From Octopus sinensis (taxonomy: Eukaryota): a stretch of 64,000 nucleotides of DNA. The position numbers and the translations under genes were made by a program. Position 1 is the first letter of the stretch. Each line of letters begins with the position of its first letter. The notes below the pieces were generated by a model. The model saw only the letters and a list, made by a program, of their open reading frames with translations, did no database searches and had not been told where the DNA came from. The stretch covers positions 99,138,001-99,202,000 of the forward strand of contig NC_043000.1 of assembly GCF_006345805.1 (NCBI RefSeq), given 5' to 3'. Shown in pieces: positions 50,909-64,000 of this stretch.

Positions 50909-51936
50909 TAGTAAATAAATGGCACAACTATGTATGTATGTATGTATATGTATATATTTTTGTAAGTGTAACCGGATTCATACATTCATACAAATGTGTG
51001 TCTTATATGAGTCGCAATCTGTTTTTTGATTTCCTTTTAAAGCAACAGCCGTAAAAATCGTTCTAATACACGTTACATAATCTTAAATTTACCATAAGTT
51101 ACATAAATCTAATAAATTGTATACACGTTAGAAATCAATATTTTACTATTACTTGGCACTTAAACTATTTAAATGGTTTGTAGTCAGCCATTGATTCTTA
51201 TCTGAAAGTTTCCCGGAAACCATGGACAATCACATATCACGCATATCTGTAAGTATATGCTATGGTTGTTTAGCCCCAGGTCAGTCCTAATGACGCAGAT
51301 TTATCATCAAAGACATTCCAAAATTATCTATTTTATTGTATTTTTTCTTTCCTGTGTTGTGTCTAGGCGGGCGGAAATGTTGCTTTAGATATGGTGTATT
51401 GAGAGTTGCATTCAATGTTTTCTTTGTGTTCTTATAAACAGTATAGACAGCAATTTAAGACGGATTATATATATATAGGCGCAGGAGTGGCTGTGTGGTA
51501 AGTAGCTTGTTTACCAACCACATGGTTCCAGGTTCTGTCCCGCTGCGTGGCACCTTCCTCATTCGAGTTCCAGATTATCTTTTCGGCTGGTTAAACTCGA
51601 GATTGTTCCAATCTAGCCAGTCCCAAGAAAAAAACTAAGCTAAGAGCATTAGATTCCTTGGAAGAAAGCACCGAATGTATATGAAAACAAGGACGGAGAA
51701 AACGTAGAAATGGTACACAAATACAAATGCAAATAACATGTCTCCCCCACTGTCACTTGGTGTGTTTGCAACCCGTAACTTAGCGGTTCGGCAGAAGAGA
51801 TCGATACAATAAGTACTAGCTTTACAAAGAATAAGTCCTGGGGTCATTTTGTTCGACTACAGGCGGTGCCCCAGCATGGCTGCAATCAAATGACTGAAGT
51901 AAATAAAAAAAGAAAATATTTATGTGTGAGTGTGTG

Positions 51937-51974
<38 letters not shown>

Positions 51975-52253
51975 TATGATGTAAAATATATATCGGTATA
52001 TATACATAAATTTATAAATATATAGATCAGATACGTCTAATCTACATATATTTGTGTTTGTGTGTGTATATGAATATATAAGTATCTTTATCTTTCATCC
52101 CTTTACTAGTTCCAGTCATTAGTACTGGGGTTAAATTAATCGACCCTGGTTCTTATTTTATCGGTCCCTTTGCCGAACCGCTAGATTACAGGGATGCAAA
52201 CACACCAACGCCTGTTGTCAAGCCACGGTAGGGGGACAAACACAGACAGGAAA

Positions 52254-52343
<90 letters not shown>

Positions 52344-53802
52344 GGCTCTACCAAATCGACTCAATAGGCTTTGGTCGGCCCGAGGCTATAATAGAGGATA
52401 CTTGTCCAAAGTGCCACGCAGTGGAACTGAACCCGGAACCATCTGGTTGGGAAGCAAGATTCTTGACTGCGGCCGTGCTGGAGCACCGCTTTCAGTCGAA
52501 CATATCGACCCCAGGGCTTATTCTTTGTAAGATTCTATCGGTTTCTTTATGCCGAACTGCAAAGTTACGTGGACATAAACATACCAGCATCGGTTATCAA
52601 GCGATTGTGGGGGGACAAACACAGACATACAAATACACCCACACACACACACGCACACACACCCATATGCACACATATACGACGGGCTTCTTTCAGTTTC
52701 CGTCTACCAAATCCACTCACTAAGCTTTGGTCGGTCCTAGGCTATAGTAGAAGACACTTGCCCAAGGTGTCACGCAGTGGAACTGAACCCGGGACCATGT
52801 TGTTGGTAAGCAAGCTACTTACCACACAGCCTCTCTTGCGTGTATGTATGTATAATCTATGAAATTGTGACCCAATATGATGGTAATAAACAAACTGTTG
52901 GTCTCGCTGCACTGAAGTACACTCCAGTTGTAAATTACAGCAAGATCTGTTAATTACGTTCTGTACAGGAAGATTTTATTCAACGTATTCCTCTCTCAGA
53001 TTCACACGTTGTTTGCAGCGGTCCTTCAGTTTTTCTAAGCCCTGTAAAAGTACTCGGAAGGTTGGGCCGAGTATCTTTAACGCCTTTGGACTTTTCCATA
53101 CCTTCTCGTAGATCAATAAGATACTACAAAAGCAGACTCTTGTCCATGATACCGCACATCAGAATGAAGCCCGAAATGATATGTTTCCAAAGGAACATAC
53201 AAAACGACACAAATACGTCTGAACCTTGGAATAAAATGGCTTTGTTATTACTTCCGGCTCTTTACGTTCTGAGTTCAATTCTCTCCATGGTTAACATTGC
53301 CGTTCATCTCATCAGCGTCAATAAAATAAAATACCAGTCCAGCACTGGGATCGATTAGATATAGAATAAACGTTTGCAAGGGAAAATGTAGGCGACCGAT
53401 CCGCCTCTCCTACATCACTGACTCTGGTCTTATTAGACCTTGAAGACCAGTGGAGTGTCAGAATCGAGAGAGTATGATCGATTAAAGGTGAAACTTGAAA
53501 GTCGCAGTGAACTCAATATTATAAAAAAGAGATCTAACTCGGCTAAATCTTTAGCGTCAGTATGTCCAAGTTGATCAGCATTAGGTGCAGGCGTAGCTTT
53601 TTCGCAAGAAGTTTGCTTCCCAACCACATGGTTCTGGGTTCAGTCCCACTGCGTGGAACCTTGGGCGAGTGTTTTATATATATATATATATAGCCCTGGT
53701 CCGACCAAAGCCATGTAAATGGATTTGGTAGACGGAAACTAAAAAGGCCCGTTGTGTGTGTGTGTTTGTGAGAGAGAGAGAGAGCGAATGTGTGTGTGTG
53801 TG

Positions 53803-53850
<48 letters not shown>

Positions 53851-54070
53851 TGTGTGCGTGTGTGCGTTTGGGTTTGTCCCCTACAATCGCTTTACAACCG
53901 GTGCTGGTTTGTTCATATCCCCGTAAGTAGTGGCTCGGCAAAAGACACCGATAGTAAAAGTAACAGGCTTTAAAATAAATAAGTACCGGAGTCGATTCTT
54001 TCGACTAAAACTCTTCAAAGCGGTGCCCCAGCATGGCCACAGTCAAATGTCTGAAATAAGTGAAGGATAA
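50195..54070. mobile_element. Cluster of SINE A copies (50195-50340 -, 51476-51560 +, 51740-51910 +, 52090-52460 -, 52465-52845 -, 53582-54070 +)
   Basis: Repeated head, CORE-like and tail segments matching 8057-8420 and 45780-45895. Boundaries are approximate. Confidence 0.75.
52905..53235 (-). pseudogene. Mariner transposase C-terminal remnant
   Basis: QGLEKLKDRCKQRVNLREEYVE*, the mariner C-terminal consensus. Confidence 0.55.
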
Positions 54071-54423
54071 AATATATAATTCTAACGTACTACATTTATA
54101 TGTGGGTATGAGTGTGTGCAGGGAGAGAGAGAGAGAGAAAGAGTAAGTGATGTAGATAGGTATACAAATATGTGTCTGTGTAAGAATGTTTGTGTGTGTC
54201 TGTGTAAGCGTGTGTTTGTGTGTGAGTGTGCGCGCGCGCGTCTTGGATCCCCAACCAAAAAATGTCGCCGTGTGTTTGATGTCTTTCAACAACAGATCTC
54301 TGTTTAAAAAATATTTATGAGAAATAAATTTATGGGAAATATTTTGAATTCTTGTTAATATTTTATTTGATATATGAGTGATTTTAAATATAAATTTTGA
54401 CAATTTATTCTTAGAAGTTTTAC

Positions 54424-54456
<33 letters not shown>

Positions 54457-54568
54457 GCATGTATGTATATGTATGTATATATGTATGTGTGTGTGTGTGT
54501 ATATATTTATATATTGTATGTATATATATGTATATATATATATGTATGTATATACATATATATATATG

Positions 54569-54640
<72 letters not shown>

Positions 54641-55014
54641 TGTGCGTGTACATATATGTACATATGTGTGCATATATATATGTACATATATGTACATACG
54701 CACATACACATATGTACATATATATATGTACATATGTGTATGTGCGTGTTTTGAGGCGGTGAGTTGGTAGGGTCGATACCACGCCGGACAAAAGGGTTTT
54801 CTTCCAGCTCCATAGCATATGACTTCAAATGCTGCTGAAGTCAACTTTGCCTTTCCTACTTTTCAAGTACTGAAATGGGTATCAGTTAAGCACTAGCTTC
54901 TCTTCCCGTTAAAATTACCAACTTTGTGTCAAAATTAAACTATAAGTGGTGCTCCAGCATGGCCGCAGTCACATGACTAAAACAAGTAAAAGAATAAAAG
55001 AATATATATATATA

Positions 55015-56732
55015 CAGGGTGCGGTGAATAAACTGTCGTGTAAATTACGCAAAAATAAAGATAAAAACATTTTAACAGATATATATTGAGTGGAGGATTA
55101 ATTCGTGAGCATTTTTTCTCAAATTTAAAAATGCACGCAGAAATAAAACGCATTGGCAAAATGTTTTATGTTATTTGACAGGGAAATTTTTGCTCTACAT
55201 GATAGTATGTTTTGGTTTTGGAATGGACAAAACTGAGCATTTTCGACACCATTTGCTTTTTGCATTTAATCGAAGTGTTAAGCCCACCGCAGCTGCTTGT
55301 GAGATTTGTGCTGTGTATGGAGAAGGAACAATGCCACAATGTACTGCCTGTCGTTGGTTTACGCGCTTCAAAATTGGAAATTTTGACCTCAAGGACGGAT
55401 CCTGCCACGGTCGACCAAATGAGTTCAATGAACCTTACCCATTCAGTGAAGGTGGTTCACCACAGTTTTATTATCAAAATCCATCTATCTGCTCCACCAA
55501 TTCTCTGGTCGCTTGACATGGATTTTTGTGAAGAAGTTGATTCAATCGCTCTTCATCGAACTCAATTGGTCGACCGGTGTGTGATCCATCTTTGAAGTCA
55601 AAATTCCCATTTTTGAAGTGCGAAAACCGAAGGCGGATGATTATTTGAGGCATTGCTCCTTCTTTATGCACAGCACAAATCTCACGAGCAACTTCAGCGG
55701 GCTTAACACCTCGATTAGATACAAAAAGCAAATGGTGCCGAAAATGCTGTTTGTTCACTTCACATTCGATTTTAATGATCTGAAAATACACAAAAATCAA
55801 TAAAACTAAAAAATCAAAACGCAATACCTTGTAGAACAAAAACTTCTCTTTCAAATAACAAAACATTTTGCCAAGGCGTTTTATTTCTGCGAGCATTTTT
55901 AAATTTGAAAAATCTCTCATGAATTATTCCTCAATTCAATGTTTACCATAATTACATAAAAATATCTTGAAATATTAAAGAGTAAATTTGTTCAATAAAA
56001 TTGCCATTGGCTTTAACAATGGCCTCCAGACGACTTCGGAATCTACTGCAACTCTTCTAGGTGGTCTCCTTGTTGGTGAATGCTGCCATAATCCTTGTTC
56101 TCAGTTTATCTTTGAAGTTGCAAGGAGTCTATTTGGTCTCTCGCTCAACTGCGCCCCAGATATAATAATCAAGAGGGTTGCAGTCAGTAGACTAAGGTAG
56201 CCAGTTGTTAGGGTTGATGTGATCTGAGAAATTGTCTGACAGCCATGACTTGGTCCTCCTGCTTGTGTAGCATGGTGCAGCGTCATGTTGCTAGACATAG
56301 GGTCTTCCAGCTGTTAACCTCTTCTCCCAGGGCAGCACTATCTCCTCCTGGCACTTGATGTAGGCTTCCGCGTTGAGTCTGAGGCTGTGTGGGAAGATGT
56401 ATGGAGGCATAATACTGCCATCACTAGTGATCGCTCCAAACACCATGATGCTGACTGGATGTTTGACTTTTATCACTCTCTGTACATGTCCTCAGATTGC
56501 ACTGTCCTTAGATTGACACCCACACACTCTGAACTGTTCGCATTGGAACTTCCGGCGCGAATGTCAAGCAATGCAGTCTGTCGTTTCCAAATTTCTGGAA
56601 GAGTGAATTTAACGTCATGGTGCCGTTTTTTCTCACAGGCGACGCCCAACTAACCCAACGATACTGTGTAATCGATAAAATCAAGAACAAACGCGCATGC
56701 GCGAAAAGCAACTATTTACCCATCGTACCCTG
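55015..56732 (-). mobile_element. Second maT-family element (inverted relative to 48597-49326) carrying a nested insertion
   Basis: Both ends match the ends of the 48597 element. The minus strand encodes VKHPVSIMVFGAITSDG..RPYV..QHDAAP..WLSDNFSD. Confidence 0.85.
55088..55938. mobile_element. Fold-back of two mariner 5' halves (HTH region only), inverted
   Basis: + strand EHFRHHLLFAFNRSVKPTAAACEICAVYGEG..WFTRFKIGNFDLKD..GRP; - strand QHFRHHLLFVSNRGVKPAEVAREICAVHKEG..FSHFKNGNFDFKD..GRPIEFDEERL. The 5' UTRs are also homologous. Confidence 0.85.
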
Positions 56733-56784
56733 ACCCTGTGTATGTATATATATATATATATGCACACGCACATGCACACACTCA

Positions 56785-57000
56785 CTTGAGTTCAATTCCT
56801 GGCGACGTGTTGTCACCTTGAACATGACACTATTTCCCGTTTCCCCAGTCCACTCACCTGGCAAAAATGAGTAGTACCTGCATGTCACGCTGAATCTCCC
56901 TGAGATCTACGTTAAAGGTATATGTGTTTATAGAGTGTTCAGCCACCTGTCCGTTAATTTCACGAGCAGGCTGTTCCGTTGATGGGATCAACTGGAATGT
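56785..57000 (+). mobile_element. SINE-like repeat of a further family
   Basis: gagttcaattcctgg B-box-like start, then accttgaacatgacact..cagtccactcacctggcaaaaatgagta. Confidence 0.45.
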
Positions 57001-57109
57001 ATGTATGCATATGTATAAGAATTTGAGACAGGGATACATGATATGAGGCTGTGTTTTGGAAAGTAACCATTTATAACACACGTGTGCCGGTGTATTCACT
57101 TTTGCTTAC

Positions 57110-58265
57110 TCTTTACTCTCTTTTACTCTTTTACTTATTTCAGTCATTTGACTGCGCCCATGCTGGAGCACCGCCTTTAGTCGAGCAAATCGCTCCCAGG
57201 TCTTATTCTTTGTAAGTCTAGTACTTATTCTATCGGTCTCTTTTGCCGATCCGCTAAGTTATGGGGGCGTAAACACACCAGCATCGGTTGTCAAGCGATG
57301 TTGAGGGGACAAACACAGATACACAACATATACACACACATACACATACATATACAAATATACGACGGGCTTCTTTCAATTTCCGTCTACCAAATCCACT
57401 CACAAGGCTTTGGTCGGCCCTAGGCTATAGTAAAAGACACTTGCCCAAGGTGTCACGCTGTGGGACTCAACCCGAAACCATGTGACTGGTAAGGAAGCTA
57501 CTTACCACACAGCTGCTCCTGCTTATATATTTCTAGTACATACTGCGTACAGTAAAGCGTCAAAATGATTCGTTGTTCATCATATGCGGTATGATCGCTA
57601 AAACGTGTGTATCTAACGATGCAATAATAGGGTTTAAAACGAAAAAAGTCATCGGCTCATATAAGACCAATGATCTTCCACAACTGTCTACTAAGTGTTA
57701 TGATTTTGCATAATACGTATTGTTTCCTGTCATACGTCCTGACTGTCATTTCAAGTTGCACAATTCTATTAAATCCCCTTGTTTGCACTCAGTAGTATCT
57801 TGTGTGTATTACTTAACTTAAATCGAGGAATTTGAGTCAGTAAAGAAAATGTTAAGAAAATGCTTAGGCGTAGGTGCTGCTGTGTGGTAAGAAGTTTGCT
57901 TCCCAACCACATGGTTCCGGGTTCAGCCCCACGCATGGCATCTTGGGCAAGTGTCTTTAACTATAGCCTCAGAACGTCCAAAGCCTTTTTAGTGCATCTG
58001 ATAAACGGAAACTGAAAGAAGCCCGTCGTATATGCATGCGTGTGCGTGTGCGCGCATTTCTGTTTGTGTTTGTCCCCTACTACTGCTGGACAACTGGTGT
58101 TAGTTTGTTTACGTCCCCATAACCTAGTGATTCGGCAAAAGAGCCCAACAGAATAAGTACCAAGCTTAAAAAAGAAAAGTATTGGATCGATTTAGCTAAC
58201 TATACGTTTTTCGAGGTGTACTCCAGCATGGCCGCATTCTAATGACTGAGACGGATAAAAGAAAA
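57110..58265. mobile_element. Two full-length SINE A copies, divergent (57110-57525 -, 57865-58265 +)
   Basis: Head, CORE-like segment, microsatellite and tail are all present in each copy. Confidence 0.85.
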
Positions 58266-58599
58266 AGAAACGTTTCTGATCGGGACAAAAATGTAGAGAA
58301 AGTTCAGATAAAAGACATGTTGCGGTATATTAAGATGATAATATTTAGATTATGATTTCGAAAGTACAAGATAAAACTAATGAATACATATAAAACATAG
58401 TTAATCGGCGAAATACTTGGCTGCTGATCAATTCCAAAATCTCGACAGATATTTACGGAAGTAGAGGCATTTCGTAAAAATTTTGACCTATTCAAATAAT
58501 TACCGAATTGCTAATTTCTCAGTTGTACATATTTGCAAGTTTTAGCCCTAGTAATGTTTGATCTCCTGCTCTCTAGAATTTTACTTTTAATATTGGTAT

Positions 58600-60080
58600 C
58601 AAATCTTAGCACAAGGCCTGCAATTTAGAGAAATAGGTACGTCGATTACGTAGACAACAGTGATCAACTGGCGCTTGTCTTATCGACCCCGAAAAGATGA
58701 AAGGTAAAGTCAACTTCAGCAGAATTTGAACTTACATCGTAAAGACAGATGAAATGCCACTAAGCATGTTGCGCGATGTGATAACGATTCTGCCAGTTCG
58801 CCTCTTTCTTCAATTTAATATTCATTTCTACTCTAGGCACAAGGCCTGAAATTTTCAGGGAGGGGTCCAGTCGATTAGATCGACGCCAGTATATAACTGG
58901 TGCTTAATTTATTGACCCCGAAACGATGAAAGGTAAAGTCGATCTCGGCAAAATTTGAACTCAGAATGTAAAGACAATCGAAATAACGGGGTGCTAACGT
59001 TTCTGCCAGCTCGCCGCCTTTCTTTCCATTTCATATTAAAGTAAGTATTAAGGCAGCGAGCTGGCAGAATCGTTAGCACACCGGGAAAAATGCTTAGCAG
59101 TGTTTCGTCCATCTTTACGTTGTAAATTCAAATTCCACCGAGGCCAACTTTACCGTTCATCCTTTCAGGGTTGATAAAATAAGTACCAGTTGAGTTCCTG
59201 GGTCGACATAATCGACTCACCCTCTCCACGGGAACTGCTGGCCTTGAGCCAAAATTTGAAACCAATATTAAAGCCAGCATAATGTTCTAGGAGCAAGTTG
59301 TAACAAGATAATTTATTTTATCCACCAATGTGTGTGTAAGGAAATATGTGTAGTTGAGTTAATACTTCTTATAATTACTTCCTACTATACTAATGTAGTA
59401 TTTATGCTTCGTTGGACACTTTTTATCACAGTTCTGCTCAGTCATGCTGAATCTGATGCAAAACAGTAGCAACGAATTATGAACTCTGTCACTCGATTTA
59501 TCAGACATAGAAGCTAAATCTTCTTTAAATCTAATCCTCTTATCTTGAAATAGGAAAAACACACAGGATATACACTGACTGAAAGAATGATGGATTGATC
59601 ACAGCTTGAACTTTCTAATCATGGATTGTCTGCCCAATGTGTAGCTGATCTGAGATTAAGCAACTGTTATTTGCTTTAAACAAAATGCACAATTTTACAT
59701 TTGAGAGAAGCTCTATGCGACCATTTGATCTAATAGAAATAGCTGTCTAATTCCTGTAAGTCACAAGTACCATCTTTAAAAATGTTAAACACGCTTGAGC
59801 CGATATACACCTTGATATATAAAATGGCGGATAGTCACGCATTGACCACAAATTCAATCCAACCTAGGGCTATATTGATTTCATATTTTGAGAGCAATTT
59901 CGGTCGAGTGGTAAATCAATTAAATCGACCCCAGTGTTCAACTGGTACTTATTTTATCGACCACGACAGGATGAAAAGCAAGACTGACTGTGGCAAAATT
60001 TGAACTCACAACTTACAGGCGGACGAAATGCTGCTAAGCATTTTGCCCAGCGTACTAACAATTCTGCCAGCTCGCCGCCA
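58600..60080. mobile_element. Cluster of four SINE B copies (58600-58803 -, 58830-59020 -, 59050-59270 +, 59875-60080 -)
   Basis: Family core in each copy. The last is flanked by CTAGGGCTAT at 59864 and 60086 (candidate TSD). Confidence 0.8.
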
Positions 60081-60687
60081 AGCATCTAGGGCTATTTTTC
60101 AACAAAATTAAAATTTAATGAATTAAACGCCAACAAAGAAATCTCATTAGCCAGAGTGTATCATTACACCGACGTATCACCTAAAATTGACAATGATATA
60201 TTCCCTTGAACTGTAGTCTTAGATAACAATAAATAATATCGTCATAGATGTAGAAAAATGAGATGGTCATGACTGAAATACTTTGATCATAGATCCTGCC
60301 AATATTTACTATAGACGTACTATAAATACGTGTAAACCGTACTTTAATATGGATAGGCTACTTGCCGTTCCTCCTCTACAAGCATCTGCTATAATTTGTG
60401 ATAATAATGCTATTAAATACACACGTCTTTGCTTGTTTTTGTTGCAAAAGAATTATGAAACTGTTTGATAAAATATATGAATCCATATTCAGATTTTGTG
60501 CAAATGTTTTTTATATTCCTTCCAATGTTGTCTAAACAGATATTCAAAACTGGACCTATCTTTTGCCTTATGATTGTAGAATAAAAAATATTATATTTAA
60601 TCCTTTATCACTGTATTTTAAGTAGGTTTTTATTATTTTTTTCATAATTTAATCATTGAATTTATTCACTTTTTTCTTTCTTTCCAG

Positions 60688-60801
60688 GGTATTTTTTGTT
60701 TTATTTTAGTTTATCCTATTAAAGACAGAAAATTTCAGAAGAACTCACTCCCGTCAACGATGATCGTTAAATGGTATTATAGCAGCATTGCAGCATCGTA
60801 G
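60688..60801 (+). CDS. Candidate TM7/C-terminal exon of the same GPCR (tentative)
   Basis: Very strong acceptor (ttttttctttctttccAG). The phase-0 frame reads GIFCFILVYPIKDRKFQKNSLPSTMIVKWYYSSIAAS*. A phase-0 G start fits the class B Q|G boundary, but similarity to GFFVAILYC is weak. Confidence 0.4.
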   Translation, partial: GIFCFILVYPIKDRKFQKNSLPSTMIVKWYYSSIAAS

Positions 60802-61744
60802 TTCTCTTGATTTCCTTGTTGCTTTGTTGCCGTTTTCACATTATCACCCTTGTACCTTTCATTTTATTTGCCTCGCATTGCATGACGTATGCACGAAATT
60901 TAATGACATGTTCTTCAACTATTGATGTGAAATCCCACTTAAGGTAGTACTAAGACGCAAGTTGTTTCTATCAGGGCTCGTAAAACGTGCTCAATCAATA
61001 TGGTATATCGAGCATCCAGTCGTTTCGAAGCTCAAAATTTAAGTAATCTATTTTATTCCTGAGCTCAAAAGTGGAGAAAAAAACTAAAGGTTTTTAAAGG
61101 CTTAAGCCACATATCTGCGTATATTGAACTTAAATCTGTGAAATATGACTTTTAGGTGTATATGATTATATTCTTGTATCCGTATATTAATCATTCTTTT
61201 GTATATTTGCATGCATATGGCGTATAAATGCTCATACACAGTCCTCAATGTTTCGATTTTCATACCCCTTGAAATTTAGAAAGCTAAAAGAATACGAATT
61301 TCAAAAGGAATTTGGAGGTCTGTCTATTTACACATTTTATCTAGACTAATGCTTGATCCTCATGAAAAACATGTTATTCATAAATCTGTTATCCTCACGT
61401 GGTCGGTAAGAATTTTTAACAAGATTTTTTTCTTTCAATTTCAAAAGAATTGGACATTTTTCCCTCTCTTGATTTTTAATACAAAATAAGCCGGAATTTT
61501 ATAAAATTCTCCGATGCTCCATGATGTTACATGGGTTGAGAACTGCTGATAAAGATAAAGATATCTGTAAATTACATATAATAGAAAGCAACGTGTTTCA
61601 CAAGGCAGTTACGCTAGCGGAGGGAAGCTAAACTACAAACGGGGTGGAGATGAGTGACAGTGAGAAAAGCTGAATTTTTGTGACCTGTAGTGATAGGTTT
61701 TGCTCTGAAATTGTAACTCTTCATCGTAAATATTATGAAATTCT

Positions 61745-61826
<82 letters not shown>

Positions 61827-61869
61827 ATATATGGATTCACCCGTACTTATTTCTCAACGTAAAGGATAA

Positions 61870-62200
61870 TTTGTTTCACATGACCACGTGTCTTTGAAAG
61901 TTTTACTAACAGGAATTTGTCAATAGACACCATCGATATGGTTATGTATTTGAATGTTTTTTAATCATACCTAATGCATCTATTATTAAAGGGATTGTTT
62001 CTTTTTTAAGCCCCACATTTGGGTTACCTCTGTTTCCAGATCTTTGTATTTTGTGAGATTTTCCATTCCTTCAAGAGTTACATTTTCACCGGTTGGAAAT
62101 CATACATCGATTAGAAGGCATTTTTCTTAATGATCTCTGACAACTATATCCGGTCTATTAGCCTTGATTTCTCCAACTGTGTGTATTGTCTTATCTCAGA
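61870..62200 (-). pseudogene. Dong/R4-type RLE 3' fragment
   Basis: IKANRPDIVVRDH*EKCLLIDV..NVTLEGMENLTKYKDLETEVTQMWGLK..ALGMIK. Confidence 0.7.
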
Positions 62201-62354
62201 GTATGGTTGCTTTGTTTTTTTCTGAAACCTTTTCTGGGGAGTGCCTATACCATCTCTTTTTTCAAATTATTTTTATTATTATTATTTTCACATACACTCA
62301 ACAGATTAGACTTTTGGAAAAGAAAACATCCTAACATCGGGCTACAACAAGTAA

Positions 62355-62641
62355 CCTTAGATACCAAGAACCCTCCTAAGTATCGTAGCTGTCCCTAATA
62401 TAGCTGTTTTCTGGAGCTGTACTAAACTGGGTTTTATGCATATTTCCTCTATCCACCTGTTCAGATCTTTAGTGATAGTTCCCAATGCACCTATAACTAC
62501 AAGGACACAGTTCACCCACACTTTCCATAGTCTCTGTAATTCAATTGCTAAGTCTTGGTAGTTTGCTGTTTTTCTATACCTCTCATATTGACTTTTTTCA
62601 TCATTTGGAACTGTAAGGTCAATTATCTGACACTTTTATCA

Positions 62642-62691
<50 letters not shown>

Positions 62692-63870
62692 AACGACTAC
62701 TACTACTACTACTACTACTACTACACTACTACTACTAAATCAAGCCTTCTAGCTTTTGTTAGCCGGTCAGTCTGAATGTTAAAATCCCACAACATCTTGT
62801 TTTCCTTACTTTCTAGCACTTTACTAGGTTCACGTTCATACCATTTGTCAGTATGTCCAAATCCTAGCTTTCTACATAAATCACCGTGGATTACTCTCCG
62901 TAGATTGTCATGTTTTTTCTTGTATTCTTTCTGTGTCAGCATGCTACATACGCTTACTATATGAGTAACGCTTTCCTCTTTTGATTTGCATAATCTACTT
63001 AGTTTTTGTCTATCTTGGCTTTTATCCAATTAATGCTTGATCTTGTGCGGCTACTAACAAACTTTCTGTTTCCCTTTTCAGCTTTCCTTTCTGCAACCAT
63101 AGCCATGTCTCACTACTGCTATGTGCTGCAAATATCTTTGGGAATATACCATGCAACGCCTTCTCCTGTCAGTCACTTAATTTCTGTTGTTTTTTCTGGT
63201 TTTTAACTTCGTTCGGGTTTTTGGTTTCCCTATGTTTTGCCGTGATTCTAGCAACTTTTAATAAACGTTCTTCCCTATTACCTACATATGCGTCTATATC
63301 TACTCTAGCTAACTTCACACAGTCTTCTACTGATATTAACCCTCTTCCGCCTTCTTTTCTAGGTAAGTATAATCTTGCTACCCCAGCCCTTGGGTGTAGT
63401 CCTCCATTCATATTGAATTCCTTCCTAGTTCTTCTGTCTAGCCTTGCTAATTCAGTTTTTGTCCAATCTATAAAAACTGCTGAGTATCTAAATGATGATA
63501 CTACCCAAGTATTTACAGCCTTCACTAGAATCTGACCATTTAGCTTTGACTTCATTAGCTTCCTCACTCTTCTGATGTACACCTCAATTCTCGATTTTAT
63601 TTCTATAGTTAGATTCTAATACTCTTAGATACTTGCAACTCTCTCCTCTTTTCAATAATTTTAATGTCTGGCTATCTGATACTTGGATGCCTTCGCACTT
63701 GACTACCTATCCCCTTCTCATGACTAATATTGCACACTTATCTGTGCCAAATTCCATGTCTATATCTTTGCTGAAGAGTCTTACAGCCTGTATTAAGGAA
63801 TCTAATTCTTTTTCATTCTTACTAAAAAGTTTCAGATCATCCATGTAGAGCAAATTGTTAATTGGTAATG
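62355..63870 (-). mobile_element. Dong/R4-type LINE, 5'-truncated at the RT YMDD motif
   Basis: NNLLYMDDLKLFSK..KAVNTW..RLYLPRKEGGRGL..C.LC..EESVTHIVSVC..KKHDN..MLWDFNIQTD..RRLDLVV..LGTATILRRVLGI*. Confidence 0.9.
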
Positions 63871-63896
63871 GCTGATGCTGCTGCTGCTGTTGTTGC

Positions 63897-63962
<66 letters not shown>

Positions 63963-64000
63963 CGTCGTTGTCGTTGTCGTCGTCGTCGTTGTTGTTGTTG

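Noticed and set aside
57754-57830. TILL/IPLFALSSIL resembling the GPCR TM6 motif
   Set aside because: It needs a frameshift, lacks the basic RLAK-type start, and has in-frame stops; probably chance.
59359-59562. Minus-strand ORF with a plausible acceptor (DKRIRFKEDLASMS...)
   Set aside because: No recognisable homology, an ambiguous donor and no partner exons.

Overview
AT-rich, microsatellite-saturated animal genomic DNA. The SINE, LINE and microsatellite repertoire looks like an octopus (coleoid cephalopod); this is my recognition, not a database hit. Most of the ORF-track entries are microsatellite translations or transposon remnants. The one supportable host gene is a class B1 (secretin-family) GPCR on the + strand. 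It has two clear exons, 7082-7151 (CWNINQRRGILWIIRAPLVLIIV) and 47500-47579 (ICFLFFIDNIRILFKRTVARMRNRTSR), whose phases match the family's conserved gene structure, separated by a 40,348-nt intron. A tentative TM7 exon starts at 60688, and I could not find a TM6 exon. The introns hold two Penelope-like elements (PLEs), Dong/R4-type and Hero-like RLE LINE pieces, an L1-Tx1 derivative with two gag-like ORFs and no EN/RT, CR1 and RTE fragments, mariner and maT (DD37D) transposons, MITEs, a probable solo LTR, a Helitron-like element and many SINEs. Most notable: four hammerhead-ribozyme-like motifs with different core variants (one sense to the host pre-mRNA), a fixed-spacing CRE+CCAAT array in a PLE 3' region, a 40-nt U6 snRNA 3' fragment abutting a SINE head, a near-perfect ~315-bp palindrome with a 2-nt loop, and a fold-back mariner nested inside a maT element.
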